Part shown: piece after piece, positions 1 through 9,523 of the stretch
Layout: each line of letters opens with the position of its first letter
How positions within the stretch are numbered: position 1 is the first letter of the stretch
NCBI GenBank assembly: GCA_934130045.1
Contig: CAKOXI010000004.1
Location: 32-64,031 of the forward strand
Source: an uncultured Bacilli bacterium
GTDB taxonomy: Bacteria > Bacillota_I > Bacilli_A > RF39 > UBA660
Length of the DNA stretch: 64,000 nt
Direction of reading: 5' to 3'
Position numbers and translations under genes: made by a program
Notes under the pieces: model-generated
What the model was told of the DNA's origin: nothing
The model's input: the letters and a program-made list of their open reading frames with translations, nothing else
Databases searched by the model: none

Positions 1-279
1 AATTCCTAGATTGACATTTTTGTCCAATTCTATATTAACATTTACACTATTAGAAGTTTGCCTTTTATTTTGATACAAAATTATTTATTAATTATTAACT
101 ATTTAAGTTTTTAGCGAATTTTATAAATATAAAAATATCCTTAAAAAATTTTAAATGTAAATAAAAAATTTTAAAAATTTGTGATATAATTGTAGAAATT
201 ACGTTCTTATATGTTACAATAAAATGCAAAGCAAGAAAAAATGTTAGTATTGCTTATTTGTGAAGCGGAGTAGATAGAA

Positions 280-1998
280 GTGAAAAATGATACCAAAAAT
301 TTAGGTAAATTAATTAAATATTATAAAAAATATAAATTTTTTTCTATACTGGTTGTTTTATTAAGTTTAGGATATGCAGTAATATCATTATTATCGCCAA
401 TATATGAAGGTAAATTATTAGGTTATTTTGAAAATTTTAATAAAGAAAATATTTTCAAAACAGCATTATTTTTAATGGTATTAAGAATTGTAATTGAAAT
501 AGTTACAAATCTATGGTCAAGAGTAGTTTTGAAATTAAATGGAAAAGTTAATTTTGATTTAAAAAGTGATATGTTAGAAAGCTTAACAAATTTTGAAGTG
601 AGAAATTTTGATAATACAAATTCAGGGCTTTTTATATCAAGATTAAATAAGGATACTACTGAATTATCAGAATTATTTGATTATATAACAGACGATTTAT
701 CCGGTATAATACTTAATGTTAGTTTTATAGTTTATGTTTGTTATCTTAATATATATTTAGGTTTATATTTGATTTTAAATGTAATATTTGTTTATATTTT
801 AACATCAAAAAAATTATATTATTATAAAAAAGCAAAAAAAGATTATAAAGAAAAAGATGAAAGAGTTGTAGGTTTATACACAGATGTAATAAGAGGAATA
901 AGAGAGATTAAAGATCTTAATTTAAAATCAATGGTTTTACGAGATGTTAATCAAAGACAAACAGAAACAATAAAAGCGGAAATAAAAAGTACTCATACTA
1001 GAAGAACTTGGAATAGATGGATTAAAGCATTTCAACATATATTAGACTTTATGTTTATATTATTATCAGTTTACTTTATTATAAATAATACACTTCAAAT
1101 AAGTTCATTTATGATAATTTTTCTATATAAAAATAAAGTGTTAGATTTAATAAATTATATATCAGAAATGAGAGAAAAATTAGCGGATGGAAAAGTTTCT
1201 GCTTCAAGAGTATTTGATATAATTACTTATAATTCTTTTAGCAAAGAAATTTATGGAACAACAACTTTGGATAGTATAAAGGGAAATATAGAATTTAAAA
1301 AAGTGGTATTTAAATACAATTCAAATAAACTGTTTGAAAATTTGACTTTCAAAATTAAACCAAATAAGATGATTGCAATTGTTGGTAAAAGTGGAGAGGG
1401 AAAATCTACTATTTTGAAATTGATAAGTAAAAGTTATAGTGCAACTAGTGGTGAAATATTGATAGATAATCACAATATAAATGATTTATCAGAAGAAACA
1501 ATAAAGAATAACATATCAGTAGTTTCTCAATCTCCTTACATTTTTAATTTATCAATAAAAGAAAATATTAAATTAGCTAATTCAAATGCAACAGATGATG
1601 AGGTAATCGAAGTTTGTAAAAAAGCACAAATTCATGATGTTATTACATCAATGGAAGATGGTTATGATACGCTTGTTGGAGAAAATGGAGTTATTTTAAG
1701 TGGTGGTCAAAGACAAAGAATTGCTATTGCAAGGGCATTGATAAAAAAATCGAAGATAATTTTACTAGATGAGGCAACAAGTTCATTAGATAATAATAAT
1801 CAAGAAAAAATTAAAAATGTTATTAAAGATTTAGCAAAAGACCATACAGTTATTATTGTTGCACATAGATTAAGCACAATAGTAGATTCTGATAATATTT
1901 TTGTTTTAGATAAACACAAAATAAGTGCTAGTGGAACGCATAATGAATTGATGAAAAATTGTGCTGAATATAAGAATTTGTATGAGATAGAAGAATAA
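280..1998 (+). CDS. ABC transporter, fused permease/ATP-binding protein (exporter type)
   Basis: 572-aa ORF with a GTG start about 10 nt after GGAG. The N-terminal half has several hydrophobic helices. The C-terminal NBD has Walker A GKSGEGKST, signature LSGGQRQR, Walker B ILLDEATSSLD and H-loop VAHRL. Confidence 0.9.
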   Translation: MKNDTKNLGKLIKYYKKYKFFSILVVLLSLGYAVISLLSPIYEGKLLGYFENFNKENIFKTALFLMVLRIVIEIVTNLWSRVVLKLNGKVNFDLKSDMLESLTNFEVRNFDNTNSGLFISRLNKDTTELSELFDYITDDLSGIILNVSFIVYVCYLNIYLGLYLILNVIFVYILTSKKLYYYKKAKKDYKEKDERVVGLYTDVIRGIREIKDLNLKSMVLRDVNQRQTETIKAEIKSTHTRRTWNRWIKAFQHILDFMFILLSVYFIINNTLQISSFMIIFLYKNKVLDLINYISEMREKLADGKVSASRVFDIITYNSFSKEIYGTTTLDSIKGNIEFKKVVFKYNSNKLFENLTFKIKPNKMIAIVGKSGEGKSTILKLISKSYSATSGEILIDNHNINDLSEETIKNNISVVSQSPYIFNLSIKENIKLANSNATDDEVIEVCKKAQIHDVITSMEDGYDTLVGENGVILSGGQRQRIAIARALIKKSKIILLDEATSSLDNNNQEKIKNVIKDLAKDHTVIIVAHRLSTIVDSDNIFVLDKHKISASGTHNELMKNCAEYKNLYEIEE

Positions 1999-2246
1999 GT
2001 AAATTAATATTTAATTTGATAGTAATTGTGATAGAATGAATAAATTTAAGAGTAAAGAAGGAATAGATAAATTATCAAATCATGTTATAGATGATTTAAT
2101 AAGTGATATATATATATTTGTGAAGAAGAAATAATCATTGTATATGAATATGAATATAAAAATGTGGTAGATTTTATAAAATAATTAATAGATTTTTATC
2201 TATTTTTTTGTTATAATTTACTTAATAAAATTAATCGAGGTTATAT

Positions 2247-2978
2247 ATGAAAAAAAAGATTATTATAGTGTTATTTTTAATTATAATTATTAGTATTATA
2301 GGATATTTTTTATTTATAAAAAAAGATAGAAAAATTTTTAGTCAAACATTTTCCGCTAATATAATAAATATAGAAAAAAATAATGATAAAGTTAATTTAT
2401 TAGTTAGTGGATTAGATACAAATGATATTAATTATAGAGGTAATTTTACTTTTTCTTTGAATAGTGATTTTATAGTTTATTTTGAAAATACAAAAACAGA
2501 TGTTTCAAAATTATCAATTGGTGATAAGATATCAATAACTTTTACTGATAAATTATTAAAAGAAATATCTCCTATAGAACTAAATAGTATTACTAAAATA
2601 GAACTCTTAGAAGCAGTTTCTGACGATTCAGATATTACTATAGATATTAAAAGTATATCAAATACAAGTGCTGATATTGTTATTAATGATAATAGTGGTA
2701 TTAAAAATATTTATACAACAGAGTTTAAAATTCAAAAAAAGATAGACAATATTTGGACTGATTTAAAGATAATTGATACAAATTTTGAACCCGATTTAGT
2801 TGCTTATTATATAAATGAAAATAGTGAAATAGAAATGAAGCAAGACTGGACTTATATGTATGGTAAATTAGAAAGTGGAAATTATAGAATAGTAAAATTT
2901 ACTGAATATGTTATGGATAATAATATTTCTATAAAAAAAGATAGAAAGTATATTTATAAAGAGTTTACTATTGATTAG
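2247..2978 (+). CDS. membrane-anchored/secreted hypothetical protein
   Basis: GAGG RBS. N-terminal signal-anchor helix (KKKIIIVLFLIIIISIIGYFLFI) followed by a beta-rich soluble part. No catalytic motif recognised. Confidence 0.6.
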   Translation: MKKKIIIVLFLIIIISIIGYFLFIKKDRKIFSQTFSANIINIEKNNDKVNLLVSGLDTNDINYRGNFTFSLNSDFIVYFENTKTDVSKLSIGDKISITFTDKLLKEISPIELNSITKIELLEAVSDDSDITIDIKSISNTSADIVINDNSGIKNIYTTEFKIQKKIDNIWTDLKIIDTNFEPDLVAYYINENSEIEMKQDWTYMYGKLESGNYRIVKFTEYVMDNNISIKKDRKYIYKEFTID

Positions 2979-2996
2979 AATTTTATAGGTGGTTTA

Positions 2997-3512
2997 ATGT
3001 TTATAAATTATTATAAAACTATAGATCGATATAGCGATATCTGTATGACAAGTGACGGTTGTTTTTTAACTGGACTATGGTTTAAAGATTCAAAAGATGA
3101 TATAAAACATAAAGGTAATTATAAAATAAAGGATTTACCGATATTTGAAGAAACAAAGAAATGGTTAGATATTTATTTTAGTGGAATAATTCCAGATTTT
3201 ACGCCAAACTATAAATTAGAAAATTTAACACCATTTAGAAATTTAGTTATGGAAGAATTAAAAAAAATTCCATATGGGAGTGTAGTTACATATGGGGATA
3301 TTGCTCGCAATGTGGCAAGTATAAAATGTATAAAAAAGATGTCTGCTCAGGCCATCGGTGGAGCAGTTGCGGCAAATCCTATTTGTATAATTATTCCATG
3401 TCATAGAGTAATCGGAAAAAATTCGCGTCTTGTTGGATTTAGTAGTGGAATACAAAATAAAATAGAACTTTTAAAATTAGAAAATAAAGAAAATTCTAAT
3501 ATAAAATATTAG
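2997..3512 (+). CDS. ogt: methylated-DNA--protein-cysteine methyltransferase (MGMT/Ogt family)
   Basis: Active-site PCHRV motif (IIPCHRVIG) preceded by the DNA-binding segment YGDIARNV. Size is typical (171 aa). AGGTGG RBS. Confidence 0.85.
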   Translation: MFINYYKTIDRYSDICMTSDGCFLTGLWFKDSKDDIKHKGNYKIKDLPIFEETKKWLDIYFSGIIPDFTPNYKLENLTPFRNLVMEELKKIPYGSVVTYGDIARNVASIKCIKKMSAQAIGGAVAANPICIIIPCHRVIGKNSRLVGFSSGIQNKIELLKLENKENSNIKY

Positions 3513-3531
3513 ATAGTTAAATTTTTATAAT

Positions 3532-4053
3532 TTATATAAATTTATTTTTATATTCACTTTCCAGTATTTTTAAAATATCTTCTGGTTTTTCCTTACAATT
3601 ATTATTAAGCCACATTTTAATAATAGCGGTAATACCAGCTTTAAAAAATTCGCTATGATATTCAATAAATTGATCATTATACATTTTTTTAGCAAGTTCT
3701 TTATCATAATAATCTATTTTATAATTTGTATCAAAGTTTAATTTAAAATAAGTTTTATAAAATACTTGGTTATTTTTTATATGATTAAACATTTTTAAAT
3801 AATTTTCTCTTGTATGACCATCTTCATTATCAAATATATTAGCAAATTCATTTAACATTCTATCTCTTATTTTATCAATTAAATCATAGATATCAATGTA
3901 ATTAGCATAAAATGTTGTTCTATTTATATTAGCAAATTTACATATTTTTGATATTGTAATATCTTTAATATCATTATTTTGGATTAGATTTAAAAATGTT
4001 TTTTCAATTCGTTCTATTGAATCCTTTTTTCTTTTATTATTAGGCTTATTCAT
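3532..4053 (-). CDS. TetR/AcrR family transcriptional regulator
   Basis: N-terminal HTH typical of TetR (ITISKICKFANINRTTFYANY). 173 aa, GGAGG RBS. Divergent from two membrane-protein genes. Confidence 0.8.
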   Translation of the reverse strand: MNKPNNKRKKDSIERIEKTFLNLIQNNDIKDITISKICKFANINRTTFYANYIDIYDLIDKIRDRMLNEFANIFDNEDGHTRENYLKMFNHIKNNQVFYKTYFKLNFDTNYKIDYYDKELAKKMYNDQFIEYHSEFFKAGITAIIKMWLNNNCKEKPEDILKILESEYKNKFI

Positions 4054-4297
4054 AAGTCCTCCATTAACTCAACAAAACAGTATAAATTGATGACTGTTTT
4101 TTTTCTTATTTTATATTATACTATAAATGTAATAACACAACAAGTGTTTGAATATTGAGAATTTTGATGTCTAAATTAGAGAATATTAATAAAAAAATAG
4201 AAAAAAATATTATTAGTAATTATAAAAAATTTAAAATGATAGAATTAAAAGAAGAAAAGTTAATGAATAAAATTTATTAAGATAAGGAGACATTAGT

Positions 4298-4696
4298 ATG
4301 AAAAAAGAAACTTTATTAGAAATTATTATAGGTACTATTGGGGGAATTGTTTTTGGAATAGGTATGTGTATGTGTTTAATACCTGAATGGGATTTATTTA
4401 ATATAGGTGTTATAGTAACTATTATAGGATTTATTATTTTACTTTGTATTATTCCTGTTTATAGAAGTAGTCATCCAAAAAGTTCAAAAAAAGGAAATGT
4501 TAACTATGGAATTGTTTTAACTTGGATAATTGGTATAATTGGTGCTTTAGTAATGGGATTTGGTATGAGTAAAGTTATGACTGGTGATGTAGATAAAACT
4601 GATATAATAATAGGACTAATTACTGGAATTGTTGGTTTAATAGTTTGTATATTGAATTATCCTATTTATGCTTATATTAAAGGAAATAAAAATTAA
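4298..4696 (+). CDS. small integral membrane protein
   Basis: AAGGAG RBS. 132 aa with four hydrophobic segments. No recognisable family. Confidence 0.6.
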   Translation: MKKETLLEIIIGTIGGIVFGIGMCMCLIPEWDLFNIGVIVTIIGFIILLCIIPVYRSSHPKSSKKGNVNYGIVLTWIIGIIGALVMGFGMSKVMTGDVDKTDIIIGLITGIVGLIVCILNYPIYAYIKGNKN

Positions 4697-4703
4697 AATA
4701 AAT

Positions 4704-5561
4704 ATGAAAGAAAAACTAAATAAAATATTACACCCTAGTAATATTTTTATTGTTATTAATGCTGCAGTAATTATCTTTTCACTCCTATACTTAATTTTAC
4801 TAAATAGATTTAATAAAATAGAATCTTATTTTTTATATTTAATTATGACATATTCTTTAGTTGTAATAGTTATAAAAGTTTTTAATTTAGTTAAATTTAA
4901 AATTAATAAAATAATAAGTAGTAATAAGTATTTAACTAAATATAAGAACGACTATAAATTAAGATATAAGATATCACTATATTCATCATTGTTTTTTAAT
5001 CTTTTGTATGTTTTTTTTAAACTTATATCTGGTATAGTTTATAAATCATTATGGTTTATTACTTTTTCATTATATTATTTATTACTTGTTATAGTTAGAA
5101 TTAATATAGTTAAAGAAGAAATAAAAAGTGATAAGTCATTAAGTGATGAATGGATGAAATATCGTAAATGTGCAATTATTTTATTATTTATGAATGTAAT
5201 TTTAACAATGATTATTTTGGTTATTTTAAATATGAAAATAACTATTAAGTATCATATGTATATAGTTATTCTTATGGCAATATATACCTTTTACATAATG
5301 ATTTATAGTATTATTAATTTATTTAAGTATCGTAAATTAAATAGTCCATTAGTATTAGCTTCAAAAGTTGTTAATTTTATAAGTTGTTTAATATCGATGT
5401 TATCTTTAGAAATAGTTATGCTTTCAACGTTTGGAGAAAATAAAATTAAATTTAATGAAATAATGATTATGACAACAGGTGGATTTTTAAGTATTATTAT
5501 ATTAGTTATATGTATGTATATGATTATTAAGTCAACAGAGTGGTTAAATAATCGTGAGTAA
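4704..5561 (+). CDS. polytopic membrane protein
   Basis: Long hydrophobic ORF. I prefer the ATG at 4704, 8 nt after the upstream stop, over the ORF-track start at 4668. The start remains uncertain. Confidence 0.55.
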   Translation: MKEKLNKILHPSNIFIVINAAVIIFSLLYLILLNRFNKIESYFLYLIMTYSLVVIVIKVFNLVKFKINKIISSNKYLTKYKNDYKLRYKISLYSSLFFNLLYVFFKLISGIVYKSLWFITFSLYYLLLVIVRINIVKEEIKSDKSLSDEWMKYRKCAIILLFMNVILTMIILVILNMKITIKYHMYIVILMAIYTFYIMIYSIINLFKYRKLNSPLVLASKVVNFISCLISMLSLEIVMLSTFGENKIKFNEIMIMTTGGFLSIIILVICMYMIIKSTEWLNNRE

Positions 5562-5574
5562 TTTTTAATTATTA

Positions 5575-5597
5575 AGTAGATGTATTTCTACTTTTTT
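5575..5597 (+). terminator. rho-independent terminator
   Basis: AGTAGA-tgtatt-TCTACT hairpin followed by a T-run, directly after the stop at 5561. Confidence 0.6.
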
Positions 5598-5623
5598 GTA
5601 TATAATAAAAATATAAAAAAGTA

Positions 5624-5654
5624 TTGACTCGTGTTTTACACACGGGCTTATTAC
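5624..5654 (+). promoter_or_regulatory. orphan MerR-type promoter/operator-like element (second copy)
   Basis: TTGACT, then a 19-nt spacer containing GTGTTTTACACACG, then TATTAC. It shares AAAAAGTATTGAC...GTGTT.ACACACG with the element at 8545-8575. Confidence 0.4.
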
Positions 5655-5919
5655 GCTAAAGAAGTCGAAGAATTATAACTAGTTTAAAATAAGTTAATGA
5701 AGACTTCAGTCAATTTTGTTAAATATTAGCTTATAATGTTTGCAATATCTAAAATTATGGAATAACAAAATCAAAACAAAATAAAGTTGTACTATATCCA
5801 TTTAGTAGCATTAGTCCTAGACATAATTTGCTTTAAAAGATATTAAATTTAGTGCCTTTTTATTTTTCATAAGATATATGATATAATCTTGGTAAATTGG
5901 AAAAAGAAAGGAAACGGTT

Positions 5920-6753
5920 ATGAAGAATATAATACTAGACACAGATTTATATAATGAAATAGATGACCAAATTGCTTTAGCATATGTATTAAAATCAAAA
6001 GATGCATTAAATTTAGAAGCAGTTACAATTGCGCCATTTACCAAAGGTGAATATAATACCAAAACCTCAATTGATAAAAGCTATGAAGTAGCTAAAAAAA
6101 TATTTAAAATGTGCGGTGAAGAAAATTATGACATAATATTGAAAGGAGCTACAGAATATTTTACAAACAATCCTCATCAAACAAATGAGGCAGTTAATAA
6201 GATAATAAAAATAGCTAAAAAAAATGATAAAACATACATTTTAAGTATAGGATGTATAACTAATATTGCATTAGCAATAAAAAAGGAACCATCAATAATA
6301 AACAAAATAGAAGTAATTTGGTTAGGTACTAACTTTTTATTTATGAAAAATAATGATTTTAATTTTAGACAAGATGTTGAAGCAGTTAGATTTGTATTGG
6401 ATAGTAAAGTAAAAATAACTATAATTCCTACTTATCCAGTAAGCTATGGGCTAATGATTTCAAAATATGAATTAGAAAATAGAATAAGAAATACTAACGA
6501 ATTGTGTAATTATTTTTGTGATATATTTACAGATGATTATGGTACTAAAAAAATAAGAAGAGTTATATGGGATATTAGTACTGTAGCATATATGATTAAT
6601 AAAGAATGGTTTGAAACAATGGAAATAAGTTGTCCTAGAATAAAAGATGATACATCATTTAAATTAACAAAATTTAGACATAAAATAAAATTTGTTCAAA
6701 GGCTTAATAGCGATAAAATATATGATGATTTATTTTCAAAAATTACGAAGTGA
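5920..6753 (+). CDS. nucleoside hydrolase (inosine/uridine-preferring, IUNH family)
   Basis: N-terminal aspartate cluster DTDLYNEIDDQIAL matches the DxDxxxDD fingerprint of the family. 277 aa. GGAAA RBS, with an extended -10 (TGATATAAT) upstream. Confidence 0.75.
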   Translation: MKNIILDTDLYNEIDDQIALAYVLKSKDALNLEAVTIAPFTKGEYNTKTSIDKSYEVAKKIFKMCGEENYDIILKGATEYFTNNPHQTNEAVNKIIKIAKKNDKTYILSIGCITNIALAIKKEPSIINKIEVIWLGTNFLFMKNNDFNFRQDVEAVRFVLDSKVKITIIPTYPVSYGLMISKYELENRIRNTNELCNYFCDIFTDDYGTKKIRRVIWDISTVAYMINKEWFETMEISCPRIKDDTSFKLTKFRHKIKFVQRLNSDKIYDDLFSKITK

Positions 6754-6760
6754 GGTATAT

Positions 6761-7231
6761 ATGAAAGTAAAATATTATGGAGATAAAATAGAAAAAAGTA
6801 AAAAAGCAATATCATTGTGTGGACCGACTCCCAGAAATAATAAAGTAACTAGTTGGAGAAAAGAAGCTTTAGATATATTACAAAATATTGGTTATGATGG
6901 GATTGTGTATGTTCCAGAACTAAAAGATGAAATGGAAGTATTTAAAACAAAAGAGGAACAATTATTTTGGGAAAGAGATTGTTATATCAATTCAAATGTA
7001 ATATTATTTTGGGTACCAAGAAAATTTCCATCAATGCTAGGATTAACTACAAATGTAGAATTTGGTTATTGGTTAAAAAGTAAAAAATGCATATATGGCA
7101 GACCAGATGGTGCTTATAGAACATACTATTTGGATTGGTTATATAATTTAGAATATAATAGAAATCCAATAAATTCATTAGAAGAATTGTTAAAACAAGC
7201 AGTAAAAATGAGTAAAGGAGAGCAACTATGA
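6761..7231 (+). CDS. nucleoside 2-deoxyribosyltransferase-like protein (Nuc_deoxyri_tr2-like)
   Basis: Start revised to the ATG at 6761 (GAGGT RBS, 7 nt after the upstream TGA). Motifs LCGPTPR, SWR, VYVPE, FWVPR and TTNVEFGYW resemble the PF15891-type family as I remember it. Confidence 0.6.
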   Translation: MKVKYYGDKIEKSKKAISLCGPTPRNNKVTSWRKEALDILQNIGYDGIVYVPELKDEMEVFKTKEEQLFWERDCYINSNVILFWVPRKFPSMLGLTTNVEFGYWLKSKKCIYGRPDGAYRTYYLDWLYNLEYNRNPINSLEELLKQAVKMSKGEQL

Positions 7232-7797
7232 AAAGTATAATGATACTTGGGATATGTAGGACTGGGAAGACTACCTTTTCAAAAATGATACAAAAAGAAT
7301 TTAATAATTATCAAATTATAGAAGTTGACACAATTATTTCCGCATTGCAAAAAACTGTACCCAATGTTCCAATTGGATTTATTCACGATAATTTAAAAGA
7401 AAATAGATTGCCTGAATTTTTAAATTTGCTTATACAAAAGAATATTAATAAAAATGGAAAAGAACTAGGTTTTATTATAAACGGAGATTCTATTTTGCCT
7501 GAAGAGTTATCTAAATATTTTGATTTAAAAGATATGATTGTTTATTATTTTGTAACCGAAAAGTTATCTCCTAAACAAATTCTAGAAAATTGTAGGAGGT
7601 TTGATGCAAAAGAAGAATGGACTACTAGAAGGTCAGATGATGAATTATTAAATCATTTTAAATTTTATAAAGAAATAGAAAAGAAGATTATAAGTGATTG
7701 TAAGATGTATAATATAAAATGCATTGATACATCTGAAAACAGACAGATATTATTTAATCAATTATTAGATGAGATAAAATATGAATTGAATACATAA
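7228..7797 (+). CDS. P-loop NTPase / putative (nucleoside or nucleotide) kinase
   Basis: Walker A GICRTGKTT at the extreme N-terminus. 189 aa. ATGA overlap with the upstream gene. Confidence 0.6.
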   Translation: MKSIMILGICRTGKTTFSKMIQKEFNNYQIIEVDTIISALQKTVPNVPIGFIHDNLKENRLPEFLNLLIQKNINKNGKELGFIINGDSILPEELSKYFDLKDMIVYYFVTEKLSPKQILENCRRFDAKEEWTTRRSDDELLNHFKFYKEIEKKIISDCKMYNIKCIDTSENRQILFNQLLDEIKYELNT

Positions 7798-8053
7798 ATT
7801 TGTTATAATTTTATCGTAATTTAAAAAATTGTGATATGTTTTAATAATTGAGTGATATTTGTATCAATCTTTATGAAAGCCGGAAAAAGTTGTAGATATT
7901 TATGTTTATTCCGTTATAGCTATAGAAATAAATATTTAGAATGTTCTGGGTATGAATAAGGAAGACTCAAAAAAACATTACAAGTACAATACCAGTAAAT
8001 TGGATCAATATACGCTGTTGATGGTGGTATGGGTGCAATATAAAAATGATGGC

Positions 8054-8479
8054 TTATTTGTCATCATTTTCTGTATTGATTAAATAACTAAAGTATTTTT
8101 TCTTTCCAGATAATACATCATTATAAAAATTTTGTTTCCAATTAACAAAATCAATTGATTTTTGTATTTCTTGCTTTTTTTGTTCTAATTCCCTTAGTTT
8201 AGCATTAAGAATTATTTTTCTTTCAGGAATTGTGGATTCACCCTTTAGGCAAAGTTCAAGATATTTTTTCATTTCTATAATACTCATACCACAATTTTTT
8301 AGACAAGTTAAACTTTTAATCCAATTGATGTCATTATCATTAAATACACGATAATTGCTCTTATTTCTTTTTACATTCGGAATAAGACCTTCGTTGCAAT
8401 AAAATTTAAGTGCATCATAAGTAAGTCCTGTTTTTTCACAAGTTTCTTTCATTGAATATAAAGTATCAGTTTCTATCAT
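8054..8479 (-). CDS. MerR family transcriptional regulator
   Basis: N-terminal MerR HTH (YSMKETCEKTGLTYDALKFYCNEGLI) followed by a coiled-coil dimerisation helix. Divergent from the aldo/keto reductase gene. Confidence 0.85.
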   Translation of the reverse strand: MIETDTLYSMKETCEKTGLTYDALKFYCNEGLIPNVKRNKSNYRVFNDNDINWIKSLTCLKNCGMSIIEMKKYLELCLKGESTIPERKIILNAKLRELEQKKQEIQKSIDFVNWKQNFYNDVLSGKKKYFSYLINTENDDK

Positions 8480-8544
8480 TTACTTCACCTCTTAATTAAT
8501 TTTAAAATATCGATGTAAAATGTAGTTAAAAATTAAAAAAAGTA

Positions 8545-8575
8545 TTGACCGGGTGTTACACACGACATTTATAAT
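8545..8575 (+). promoter_or_regulatory. MerR-type promoter with 19-nt spacer and internal dyad
   Basis: TTGACC, then 19 nt (GGGTGTTACACACGACATT, dyad GTGT-T-ACAC), then TATAAT. It lies 45 nt upstream of the ATG at 8621. The over-long spacer is the MerR hallmark. Confidence 0.65.
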
Positions 8576-8620
8576 TATATTGTAAATTATTGAATATGTC
8601 AAATAAGAAAGGATGATTTT

Positions 8621-9511
8621 ATGGAATATGTTAAATTAAACAATGGTGTAGAAATGCCTATTTTAGGATTTGGAGTTTACCAAATACCAGCTAGTGAAAC
8701 AAAAAAATGTGTATTAGATGCGATTAAAGTTGGTTTTAGAAGTATTGATACAGCTCAAAGTTATTTTAATGAAGCAGAAGTTGGTGATGCAATAGCAGAG
8801 TGTGGAGTTGAAAGAAGTGAATTATTTATTACAACTAAAGTATGGATAGATAATTATGGATATGAAAGTTGTAAAAAATCAGTAATTGAATCACTTTCAA
8901 AATTAAAAACAGATTATATTGATTTAGTATTACTTCATCAACCTTTTGGTGATTATTATGGTGCTTATAAAGCTTTAGAAGAATTATATGAAGAAGGAAA
9001 AATTAGAGCAATTGGAGTTTCAAATTTTTATCCTGATAGATTAACAGATATTTGTCTTTTTGGTAGAAAAATTATTCCTAGTGTTAATCAAGTTGAAGTA
9101 AATCCTTTAAATGCGCAATTTTCATCTAAAGAAAATATGGAAAAATATGGTGTAAAAATGGAAGCTTGGGCACCATTTGGTGAAGGAAGAAATAATTTAT
9201 TTACTAATGAAGTATTAGTTAATATAGGAAAAAAATATAATAAAAGTGCTGCTCAAGTAATGCTTAGGTGGCTAATACAAAGAGGTGTTATTGTAGCTTG
9301 CAAATCTACACATATTGAGAGAATGGAAGAAAACTTTAATGTTTTTGATTTTAAATTATCTAATGGTGATATGGAAGAAATTAAAAAATTAAATCAAAAT
9401 AATAGCTTATTTTTTAATCATCAAGATCCTAAAATGGTAGAATGGTTTGATAATATTGTTAAGTCTAGAAGGGAAAATAAAGATTGTCGTAATGATAAGA
9501 AAAATTGGTAG
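8621..9511 (+). CDS. aldo/keto reductase
   Basis: Typical AKR start MEYVKLNNGVEMPILGFGVYQ, catalytic-region motifs DTAQSY and LLHQP, and NQVE. 296 aa. Confidence 0.9.
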   Translation: MEYVKLNNGVEMPILGFGVYQIPASETKKCVLDAIKVGFRSIDTAQSYFNEAEVGDAIAECGVERSELFITTKVWIDNYGYESCKKSVIESLSKLKTDYIDLVLLHQPFGDYYGAYKALEELYEEGKIRAIGVSNFYPDRLTDICLFGRKIIPSVNQVEVNPLNAQFSSKENMEKYGVKMEAWAPFGEGRNNLFTNEVLVNIGKKYNKSAAQVMLRWLIQRGVIVACKSTHIERMEENFNVFDFKLSNGDMEEIKKLNQNNSLFFNHQDPKMVEWFDNIVKSRRENKDCRNDKKNW

Positions 9512-9523
9512 GAGGATTTTAAT

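Noticed and set aside
1-279. Possible 3' or 5' end of a gene at the left window edge, and a promoter for the first ABC transporter.
   Set aside because: No open frame reaches the edge on either strand. Two extended -10-like sites (TGATATAAT near 182-190, TGTTACAAT near 212-220) exist, but without a clear -35 I cannot choose between them.
2036-2134. 32-codon ORF (MNKFKSKEGIDKLSNHVIDDLISDIYIFVKKK) in the spacer after the first ABC transporter.
   Set aside because: It has no convincing RBS and no recognisable family. It may be a relic, but there is insufficient evidence to call it.
4167-4280. 37-codon ORF (MSKLENINKKIEKNIISNYKKFKMIELKEEKLMNKIY) between the TetR gene and the membrane-protein genes.
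   Set aside because: It has only a weak GAGA upstream and low-complexity K/N/I composition, as expected by chance in this AT-rich DNA. It would need ribosome profiling or conservation to be believed.
5757-5800. ATGGAATAACAAAATCAAAACAA downstream of the orphan MerR-like promoter weakly resembles the start of the aldo/keto reductase gene (ATGGAATATGTTAAATTAAACAA).
   Set aside because: Similarity fades after about 20 nt, the spacing to the promoter differs, and such matches are easy to get in AT-rich sequence. It is not enough to claim a duplicated-gene relic.
5817-6062. 81-aa minus-strand ORF overlapping the nucleoside hydrolase start. Similar antisense ORFs are at 3258-3455, 11360-11554, 12407-12634, 29008-29226, 30007-30411, 40873-41125 and 59881-60306.
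   Set aside because: All lie inside well-supported genes on the opposite strand. They lack RBSs and have antisense-type composition.
7999-8043. Short frame ending IGSIYAVDGGMGAI-stop, resembling the C-terminus of a short-chain dehydrogenase.
   Set aside because: Only 14 codons are open and an in-frame TAA lies directly upstream. It is plausible as a fossil and is mentioned in the decay finding, but it is too short to annotate as a feature.
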